The notes under the pieces are model-generated. The model worked only from the letters and a program-made list of their open reading frames with translations. It did not search any database and was not told the origin of the DNA. From a virus (taxonomy: Duplodnaviria > Caudoviricetes): a stretch of DNA of 64,000 nucleotides. This document shows, one piece after another, positions 57,379 through 64,000 of this stretch (the first letter of the stretch is position 1; each line of letters opens with the position of its first letter). Position numbers and translations under genes: made by a program. The stretch covers positions 1 to 64,000 of the IMG/VR virus record IMGVR_UViG_3300044829_000002. One strand, written 5' to 3'.

Positions 57379-57939
57379 CTAGGCGGCGAGCCAATCCTGA
57401 TTGACGATGTATGACGTCCAGTCCGACGGCTTGACCCGGCGACCGTCAGCCAGCGACGGCGACGGCTGATGCAACGCCCGATAGAGGAACGCGAACAGCG
57501 ACGAGCACACCACATGACCCGGCACCCCGGCTCCGTGCCAGTTGGACGCGAACAGCGACGGCAGGCCGAGCGCGTCCATCCCGTCGGCGGCGATGCCGAC
57601 CCAGTCGTATTTGGTGCCGATCGTCTGCACCATGTTGTGCGCTAGCGCGTCCGACACCGGGTCGGTGAGCGGCTGATAGATGTTGGACATCATCAGTTTG
57701 GAGTTGAAATATCGGCGCATGTCCACCCAGCCGACGCCGCCTGGTCTGCCCTCAATGCCCCACGGGACACCGTCGGTCCAGTGATGGAACCCGGCGACGT
57801 GATTGCCGAGATTGGGCTTGTCTCGCAGACAGGCACCCCAGCGGATCATGCGGCCTGAGAACCCGGCCGAGCGGACGACGAACACGTGCCCTGGTTTGAG
57901 CTGTTCATACATCGGCAGTAGGTCCACCATCGCAGCCAC
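57379..57939 (-). CDS. Permuted papain-like (NlpC/P60, YiiX-type) amidase
   Basis: NHVAG (His) precedes VVCSS (Cys); IEGRPGGV; G.KYD. Confidence 0.7.
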   Translation of the reverse strand: MAAMVDLLPMYEQLKPGHVFVVRSAGFSGRMIRWGACLRDKPNLGNHVAGFHHWTDGVPWGIEGRPGGVGWVDMRRYFNSKLMMSNIYQPLTDPVSDALAHNMVQTIGTKYDWVGIAADGMDALGLPSLFASNWHGAGVPGHVVCSSLFAFLYRALHQPSPSLADGRRVKPSDWTSYIVNQDWLAA

Positions 57940-57941
57940 TC

Positions 57942-58376
57942 CTATCGCCAGATTTTGTGCCGCACAATCAGACTGACATGACTTTGATCAATGCCGAACG
58001 CGTCCGCGATGACATATTGCGTCTCTGCGCCTGTCGCATAGCGGCGTCGGATCTCGTCAACTTGCTCGCGTGTGAGTTTTGCATATCCGTTGCTCTCGCC
58101 GGGGAAACTATTGCGGGCATCCCGACCACGGGCGTGGCGGTCAGCGACATTCTCTTGCTGCGTTCCCTCGTACAGATGTCCCGGCGCAGTGGAGATACAC
58201 ACCGGATTGTCGCAGTGATGATTGGCTTGATAGCCAGGACGCGGCAGTCGGCCCAGGTGGTCGATCAAGGCCACCTGATGAGCGAACGTGAATTGCCTGC
58301 CGAACCGCCACGCCTTCTGCCGGGCATATCCGTCACAGTTACGAGTGCCAGGGGCTTCGATGCATGCCGATGTCAT
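57942..58376 (-). mobile_element. HNH homing endonuclease with C-terminal HTH
   Basis: AHQVA...HHCDNPVC...HLYEGTQQENVAD...AKLT...VDEIR...IADAFGI. Confidence 0.8.
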
Positions 58377-58996
58377 TACCAGTTCTCCGGCTGGCCGCTC
58401 GTGTTGCGGTCATGATGTCTCCAGTACCAAGACTGCTCCGGTAGATGCACAATCCGGGCACCCGCTGCAACACAGCCTAATTCAAACCGCCAGTCCTCAC
58501 CTCCGGCGATATCACCCTCAGCCGGTGGCGTGAATCCAACAGCCTGCGCCAGCTCGGTCCGGCACAGCACCGTCATGGTGGTGTGGTGCGGGTTGGACGG
58601 GTCGAACACCTTGCCGAAATGGCCCAGCACATCCCACGATCGGGACGTGTCCCAGTAGGAGAACACGTAGTCGGCCACCATCTTGTGGGCGCAACCCAGC
58701 AGCCGTTCCAAGTGCTGCGGGTAGAACTCGTCATCGTCATCCAGGAAGGCCACCCACGGGGTGATCACCGGATCGAGTGCCCGTTGCCGGGTCGCCCAGG
58801 CCCCGTCATGGTCACGGTCAACAGCTATCGAGATCGCGGCCGGTAGATGCGACTGCCGCAACGCACTGGACACAGCCAGAGGGAGCAGAGTGTCGGCTCG
58901 CGGCGGGATGGTAGGGATCACCACCGTCACCGCATCGTCGTCCATAGTGCCGATCCTCAGCAATTGAGCGCTGGCTTCCGCCGCGAGGCTTGTCAT
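58376..58996 (-). CDS. Glycosyltransferase family 2 (paralog 2)
   Basis: VTVVIPTIPPR...WVAFLDDDDEF...GEDW. Confidence 0.85.
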   Translation of the reverse strand: MTSLAAEASAQLLRIGTMDDDAVTVVIPTIPPRADTLLPLAVSSALRQSHLPAAISIAVDRDHDGAWATRQRALDPVITPWVAFLDDDDEFYPQHLERLLGCAHKMVADYVFSYWDTSRSWDVLGHFGKVFDPSNPHHTTMTVLCRTELAQAVGFTPPAEGDIAGGEDWRFELGCVAAGARIVHLPEQSWYWRHHDRNTSGQPENW

Positions 58997-59214
58997 GAGT
59001 ACAGCGCTCCGCGCGCCTTGGACACGGCCCGCTGCAACTCTTCCGCCTCGTCCGGGTAGCGGTAAGGCACGCCGTGGAACACGAGGTTGATCGTGCCGAT
59101 ACGTACACCGTTCTCCTCGGATACGCCTGCGACATATTCGGCGACCCATGACAGGTCCATCGGCCCAAGTGGCGGCAGTGGCCTGATCGGTGGCGGGACG
59201 AAATATTCAGGCAT
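58993..59214 (-). CDS. Hypothetical protein
   Basis: Overlapped start and stop on both sides. Confidence 0.45.
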   Translation of the reverse strand: MPEYFVPPPIRPLPPLGPMDLSWVAEYVAGVSEENGVRIGTINLVFHGVPYRYPDEAEELQRAVSKARGALYS

Positions 59215-60403
59215 TGCCTGCTCCGAACGCAACATAGTCATGGTCCCCATCAGCGAGGTACGGGTGGCAGCGCCACAGATCGATCACGCGGGCACCCGGT
59301 TTCAACGTGCCCCGGAGATCCAGGCCGACCAGCGGCAGCGCGAGCACGACGATGTCAGCCTCAGCCTCATGAGCCTCGACCAAATTACCTCGCGCCAGCT
59401 CGTACGCGAGCCGGTCGCCGAACGAGTCGATCCTGTACCCGGTGCCCGTCTTGTAGGAGCGGCCCAGCACGGCGAACGTCTTACCGGCCAGCTCGGTGAA
59501 CGTCAACCCGCCGAGCGCCAAATGCCGGACCCAGGCCAGATGCTCCTCGTTCATCGCGTGAGTGACCGCGCCGAGCGAACCACCGGCAGCAGCGTAGGCA
59601 TGCCCGTCACGCGGCAGACACGGCCCGCCGAACCCGGCACCAGGAGTCATGGCCTTGTGACCGATCAAGGACTGAGCCGTCAACGCGGCTACCACGTCGT
59701 CGGCGTTGGCACCGCGCTCATGACACATACGCCCGATCTGATTGGCGAAATTGATCTTCAACGTGGCGAACACATTAGTTGCCAGCTTGGCGATCTCAGC
59801 CGACTCATAGGACATGATCATCGGCCGCGACTTCGGAGCCACCTTGCGCAGAATCGCCGACACCACGTTCGCCGCGATCGGATTCTCATCCCCGATGATC
59901 TGCACTTCCGCCGCCCGCAAATCCTGGATCACACTGCCCAATGCGATCAAGGTAGGGCAGTAGATCAAGACCTGTTTCAACGAACGGGCCAACGGCAGCA
60001 GCGTGTCCCGGCACGCACCCGGCGAGACCGTGGACACCACACCCACGATGCACCGCTCCACCGTCCGACTAGGACCGAGATCCTTCATGGCCTGCTCGAC
60101 ATAGTCAGTGACGAACTTCCCCTCCAGCGACGGTGTCGGCACGACGATGAACACCACGTCGGCGTGCTCCAGCATGTCCCGAGGCCGCGTCAACAGCAAC
60201 GCATCAGGCAGGAAAGAATCCGCATACGGCTCCTGGAGACGCGTCCGGCCCACCTTCACTTCCTCTCGCACTGCCGGGTCGCTGTCCCATGCCAACACGT
60301 CCGCATCAGATGCGGCCAGAGTGAGCGCGAACGGCAGACCAAGTTTTCCGAGCCCGAGAACTCCGACGATGGGCCTACTCAACAGCTTGTCTCCTATCTT
60401 CAT
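59207..60403 (-). CDS. UDP-glucose/GDP-mannose 6-dehydrogenase family
   Basis: GVLGLGKLG Rossmann motif; VPTP; KLATN...KINFAN; GFGGPCLPRD catalytic Cys. Confidence 0.9.
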   Translation of the reverse strand: MKIGDKLLSRPIVGVLGLGKLGLPFALTLAASDADVLAWDSDPAVREEVKVGRTRLQEPYADSFLPDALLLTRPRDMLEHADVVFIVVPTPSLEGKFVTDYVEQAMKDLGPSRTVERCIVGVVSTVSPGACRDTLLPLARSLKQVLIYCPTLIALGSVIQDLRAAEVQIIGDENPIAANVVSAILRKVAPKSRPMIMSYESAEIAKLATNVFATLKINFANQIGRMCHERGANADDVVAALTAQSLIGHKAMTPGAGFGGPCLPRDGHAYAAAGGSLGAVTHAMNEEHLAWVRHLALGGLTFTELAGKTFAVLGRSYKTGTGYRIDSFGDRLAYELARGNLVEAHEAEADIVVLALPLVGLDLRGTLKPGARVIDLWRCHPYLADGDHDYVAFGAGNA

Positions 60404-60612
60404 CGCGGGTATCTCAAGGGGTACCCGTAGATCAAAGGCACGTCATAAGACATCGGCAGCGGCTTGCCTATTGGACTCTCCCACAACTTCATGATCTCAA
60501 TGCCCAGTGTCGTCTCGGTACACCAGTGAGGCCCGCAGCAAATCGACACAGGACATTCGTCCAGAACACAAAACGGCTCAGTTGGATCAAGCGCCATGAA
60601 TCGCTCAGTCAT
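60400..60612 (-). CDS. Hypothetical Cys-rich protein
   Basis: ATGA coupling on both sides; C..C...CC..H.C. Confidence 0.45.
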   Translation of the reverse strand: MTERFMALDPTEPFCVLDECPVSICCGPHWCTETTLGIEIMKLWESPIGKPLPMSYDVPLIYGYPLRYPR

Positions 60613-61072
60613 GACGGCGTAGATGCTCTCTCTTGAAACGCTGGCGTTCATTCTTACATGTCCGGCATGACCGCCAGCCGCGCTTGTCAACGCTAGTGTT
60701 TCTCTCATCGAATTGATGTCCACGCAGACAGTGTGTTCTACGTTCATTCCCGTTCGTTCGATGACGCCCCTTAGTCAGGCAGTCGTGCATATTGTCAGTT
60801 TGCGTGCCGAGCCATAGATGATCATCGGCCCAGCACGGCGGGTTGTCACAGCGGTGTAGGACGTGGGGAGTCTCAGGCGGGATTGGGCCATGCCGTTCGA
60901 TCCACGCGAGGCGGTGGACAAGATAAGTCTTGCCCTTGATTCTGACTTGCCCATAGCCGTCCTGGGTCGTTGTACATCTGTCCCATACGAGGCACGGCGT
61001 GTCGAGCGGGCCACTCTGCTCGTGAGACGTCAGCAGCAGTCGGTCAGCCGAGTTCGTGGAGTCGGTCTGCAC
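60605..61072 (-). mobile_element. HNH homing endonuclease
   Basis: GPLDTPCLVW...GYGQV...VHRLAW...HRCDNPPC...HLWLGTQTDN...CLRGH. Confidence 0.8.
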
Positions 61073-61715
61073 CGCGACCTCCCGTGTTTCCTTTGGCCCC
61101 GGATTCAGCGGGCCTTATCGAGTACCGCCAAGTCTTGATGCCGCAAGCATGATAGAACCTCGCCCCTGCATCCAACATGCGGATCAGCGCCAGGTAGTCT
61201 TCGCATTCGCCGCTGAACGGCACGCGCATGCTGTACGGCTGAGGGAACCCGCCAGCCTTCCGAATCGTCGCCGTCCTCACCAGATACGTGACAGGCACGA
61301 AATTGCCGACCCTGCGCAGCCATAGCGCTTGTTTCGGCCCGAACGGAATATTGATCGGCTCAGCCACCAACTTGCCGTTGTCGTCACAGCAGGCCAGCGG
61401 GTCACGCCCACCGATGATCTCCGGGTAACTGAACACCATGTCCGCGCCTGTCCGGTTCGCTGCCTTGACGAGCACTCGCAGATGGTTCGGCTTGAATTCG
61501 TCGTCGTCGTCAAGAAAGGCAACCCAATCCGTCGTTACTCGCTCCAAGGCTTTGTTGCGCGTGGTCGCCGCACCCTCCCGCTCCGTGTCGAGTTGGACGA
61601 CGATGTCGCCGGGTGGCGCCTGCTGATTGCGGACCGAGTCCAGCGCTAATTCGAGCAAGGTCTCCCGGCCGGGAATCGTCGGAATCAGCACGGTCACATC
61701 GGATGCGCGGATCAT
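61044..61715 (-). CDS. Glycosyltransferase family 2 (paralog 3)
   Basis: VTVLIPTIPGR...WVAFLDDDDEF...CEDY. Confidence 0.85.
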   Translation of the reverse strand: MIRASDVTVLIPTIPGRETLLELALDSVRNQQAPPGDIVVQLDTEREGAATTRNKALERVTTDWVAFLDDDDEFKPNHLRVLVKAANRTGADMVFSYPEIIGGRDPLACCDDNGKLVAEPINIPFGPKQALWLRRVGNFVPVTYLVRTATIRKAGGFPQPYSMRVPFSGECEDYLALIRMLDAGARFYHACGIKTWRYSIRPAESGAKGNTGGRGADRLHELG

Positions 61716-61899
61716 CGAACGGTTCGGTCAATCAATACGTACGGGGCAACCTCATTGGACTGCCCCGGCAGCTCCCGCAGCACCATGCCGTGCGACTGCG
61801 CCAGTTCGCTCAACTCGCCCAGGTCCACTTCATCCACGATGCCGGACCACGGCAGCCCCTGGCTCACTCGGTTGGTTATCAGTTTCCGCTCTTGATCGT

Positions 61900-62244
61900 T
61901 CACGTGTCCTCCTCGGAGTCGAGCCGTTGCCATTCCCAGTCGGCGAACGGCGCGTGTAGCCGGTAGCGGCCGGGTGTCATCCCTGCGCCGTAGTAGCCAG
62001 CGTGTTTGCCAGCAGCGCAATCGAGTAGCGCGTTATCAATGCGCTCCCGCAGCGGGTGTTTCACGGAGTAGCCGTCACCAGCGATAGTGACAAGGTGCTC
62101 CGTCTCAGGCTCGTTCAAAATCTTCTGTGCGGCGTCCGGGTCGGGGCAGGCCGGGTCACTACACATGATCTTGATGCCGTGCGCGGTGTAAAGCGTCTCG
62201 CCGCAGCCGAGCGGACAGTATCCGGCAATTTTCATGCCACTCAC
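61900..62244 (-). CDS. Hypothetical protein
   Basis: GYCPLGCG...CSDPACP...HPLRER motif. Confidence 0.5.
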   Translation of the reverse strand: MSGMKIAGYCPLGCGETLYTAHGIKIMCSDPACPDPDAAQKILNEPETEHLVTIAGDGYSVKHPLRERIDNALLDCAAGKHAGYYGAGMTPGRYRLHAPFADWEWQRLDSEEDT

Positions 62245-62659
62245 TCGATTCGATAATCAGCAGTACCGGCCCAGGCGGTCACTGTGCCGGTTACGGTGCG
62301 ATAGGCAGCGGTCATGTGGACTGATAGGCGGCGGCAATGATATTCACCGAACCATTGCCGTGCCTGTCTGTCGGCGTCTGCTAATGCAGAGACTCGGTCG
62401 GACCCAACGCATTGCACGGTCAGATACTCCAGTGAATCAATTATCAGTGTCATCCTCGATCTCCGCTCGTGCGTTCAGCCACGGTGTGCCCTGTGCCCGG
62501 AGTTGCCGCAACCACGCGAACAGCGCGCCGGAATGATCTTCCAGTGCCTCGTCGCGTATCCACGCCAGCGTCATCAGACATGTTTCGCAGACGAACTCGG
62601 TGCGAAACTCGATCGCATTGTGTACCAGCACCGCCGAGTGCGACCACGGCGCGCACGTC

Positions 62660-62863
62660 TCACCCTTGACCATGAGCGGACTGAGTCAGGTCGCTCAGCT
62701 CGGCCACCCGAAATCGCACGGTGGTCCGGTGCTTGACCGGGTCGTAGTCGGCCTCGACGGCGACGGCGAACGCCTGATAGTTCAGCGGTCCCATCACCGC
62801 ACCGATCACGGTTTCTCGGACGTCGCCCCGGTACTTGGCGTTTCCAGGCAGTAACGCTGTCAT
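62660..62863 (-). CDS. Hypothetical protein
   Basis: RBS AAGGGAG; operator upstream. Confidence 0.5.
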   Translation of the reverse strand: MTALLPGNAKYRGDVRETVIGAVMGPLNYQAFAVAVEADYDPVKHRTTVRFRVAELSDLTQSAHGQG

Positions 62864-62881
62864 GCGGGCTATCTCCCTTGC

Positions 62882-62900
62882 GGTCGTGTGCGGTACGACA
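62882..62900 (-). promoter_or_regulatory. Operator copy 12 (GGTCG-N9-CGACA) overlapping -10 TAGTGT
   Basis: ggtcg-tgtgcggta-cgaca; the TAG of the -10 is the upstream gene's stop codon. Confidence 0.6.
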
Positions 62901-63674
62901 CTACCGCTTCATGCGTAACGTTGCTGCTAAGTAGCGGCGATTCGGCGTCAGATACGTCACCGACTCCACATCGAACCACTCACCGAATCGCTCAACCAGC
63001 CGAGCCTCGTCATACCAATCCGCCCACATGCCAACCTCATCGAACGCACGCAGGAACGTCTCACGCATCGGATCATCCGTCACATCATGCGGCGGCTCCG
63101 TACCGGTGTACAGCCGCCACCCTTCATCGGAATACACCATCAGGCGAACCTCACCCAGCGATTGGAGCAGCCCCGCGAATCGTTGCATCGTAGGGATCGG
63201 CTGGCGGATATGGTGCAGCACTCCGGCGCAATGCACCACGTCCACATCCTTGGGCAAGCGGCTGCTGTAGCTCTCAGGCATGACGGTGCTTCCGGCCGGT
63301 TCGTAGCCGTACAGCCGCAGCACCCGCTCAGCTAGTCGCACGTTGGACTCAACGATGTCGGCCAGCCAAACCTCATTGCCAGCCTTGGCGTATTGCAGCG
63401 CCTCGACGCCGATCCCGCAGCCATAGTCGAGTACGTGGGCGTCACGGGTGACATCGAGCTTCAACGCGGACCGCCACAATCCTTCGTGATTGCGCCACCC
63501 GGTGTAGCGGGTGACCTCCAGCGTGTCGATCACATTCCGCAGCGCGACATCGTCCAGTTGCAGCAACTCCGCCGACGACACGTAGCCAACATCATCTACT
63601 GGGATTCTGACCCATTCACGCACGGCGACATGGTCGGTCAGAATCAATGACTTCTCTGGGTCCATCCGGTACAT
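62901..63674 (-). CDS. Class I SAM-dependent methyltransferase
   Basis: VLDYGCGIG motif I; ADIV; DVVHCAGVLHH. Confidence 0.85.
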   Translation of the reverse strand: MYRMDPEKSLILTDHVAVREWVRIPVDDVGYVSSAELLQLDDVALRNVIDTLEVTRYTGWRNHEGLWRSALKLDVTRDAHVLDYGCGIGVEALQYAKAGNEVWLADIVESNVRLAERVLRLYGYEPAGSTVMPESYSSRLPKDVDVVHCAGVLHHIRQPIPTMQRFAGLLQSLGEVRLMVYSDEGWRLYTGTEPPHDVTDDPMRETFLRAFDEVGMWADWYDEARLVERFGEWFDVESVTYLTPNRRYLAATLRMKR

Positions 63675-63676
63675 GA

Positions 63677-64000
63677 TCAGGTCTCCCTGGCGGGCTTGCC
63701 GCCCTTGCCGATGATCTCTAGATGGGGGAGCGGGAAGATCAGTTTGCCGCCTGAGTTCAGATAGCGTTTCTCCCGCTCGATGATTTGCGACCGAAACCAC
63801 CACGGCCCAATTAACATATAGGCCGGTTTACGGTCACGCGCCTCAGCCTCGCTGATGATCGGCACGCCGACCGCCGAGAACATCTTGCCCACCTTGTCAG
63901 GGTTGCGCTCCACCGCGAACCGGCAGTCAAGCTCATCTACCTGTGCGGCCTGCCAGATCACGGCACCACGCGTGGATGCGGCGTACAGGTAGCACTCTTG
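63677..64000 (-). CDS. NDP-hexose C-methyltransferase-like protein, C-terminal domain (partial, 5' end beyond the window)
   Basis: YAASTRG...ERNPDKVG...VPIISE...LIGPWWF...IIERE..YL.SGGKLIFPLP matches the C-methyltransferase C-terminal pattern. Confidence 0.8.
   Translation of the reverse strand, partial: QECYLYAASTRGAVIWQAAQVDELDCRFAVERNPDKVGKMFSAVGVPIISEAEARDRKPAYMLIGPWWFRSQIIEREKRYLNSGGKLIFPLPHLEIIGKGGKPARET

Noticed and set aside
2640-62900. TGTCG element as a host PafBC (RecA-NDp, TGTCGG-N10-TANNNT) promoter or LexA box
   Set aside because: Here TGTCG overlaps or follows the -10 rather than lying 10 nt upstream of it, it forms a palindrome with CGACA, and it does not match the actinobacterial SOS box TCGAAC-N4-GTTCGA.
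2640-62900. CRISPR array or mini-array from the repeated palindromes
   Set aside because: Copies are dispersed singly kilobases apart upstream of genes, with no regular repeat-spacer periodicity and no cas genes.
52886-64000. DNA hypermodification or host O-antigen (Gtr-type) conversion as the role of the GT cluster
   Set aside because: No hydroxymethylase, TET/JBP or aGPT genes, and no GtrA flippase or polytopic GT in the window. Not fully excluded, because the genome continues beyond the edge.

Overview
This is 64 kb of a high-GC actinobacterial siphophage genome. Every credible gene is on the minus strand, and no integrase, repressor or terminase lies in the window. In transcription order (right to left) it contains: (i) a sugar-modification cluster with a partial NDP-hexose C-methyltransferase, a class I SAM methyltransferase, three paralogous GT2 glycosyltransferases and a UDP-glucose/GDP-mannose dehydrogenase, interleaved with HNH genes and the lysis cassette; (ii) head genes: portal, MuF fused to a 2H phosphoesterase, protease and two capsid-fold proteins resembling the hexamer/pentamer pair of cluster-B-type actinophages; (iii) major tail, a 6 kb block of accessory virion genes including a ~20x IPTP repeat protein, neck and tail genes, frameshifted chaperones, tape measure with an SLT domain and minor tails, ending in a GT4 glycosyltransferase; (iv) YqaJ/RecT recombination and RepA-like/helicase-loader replication genes; (v) ~20 kb of small accessory genes (DUF932, ParB-DNA methylase, ArdC-N, ASCH, DUF1643, HNHs, RHH/HTH). 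Non-coding highlights are a palindrome TGTCG-N9-CGACA at 12 sites upstream of genes (often overlapping a -10 element), a second palindrome GTACAG-N5-CTGTAC beside three of them, a tRNA-like cloverleaf with flanking GNRA hairpins, and an HNH insertion with a synonymously recoded duplicate of its target gene's 3' end. The best candidates for an undescribed system are (a) a phage-encoded methylated/uronic-acid glycan pathway paired with Thr/Ser-rich virion acceptors and (b) the genome-wide two-operator regulon. All family calls come from motif recognition by eye; no searches were run.
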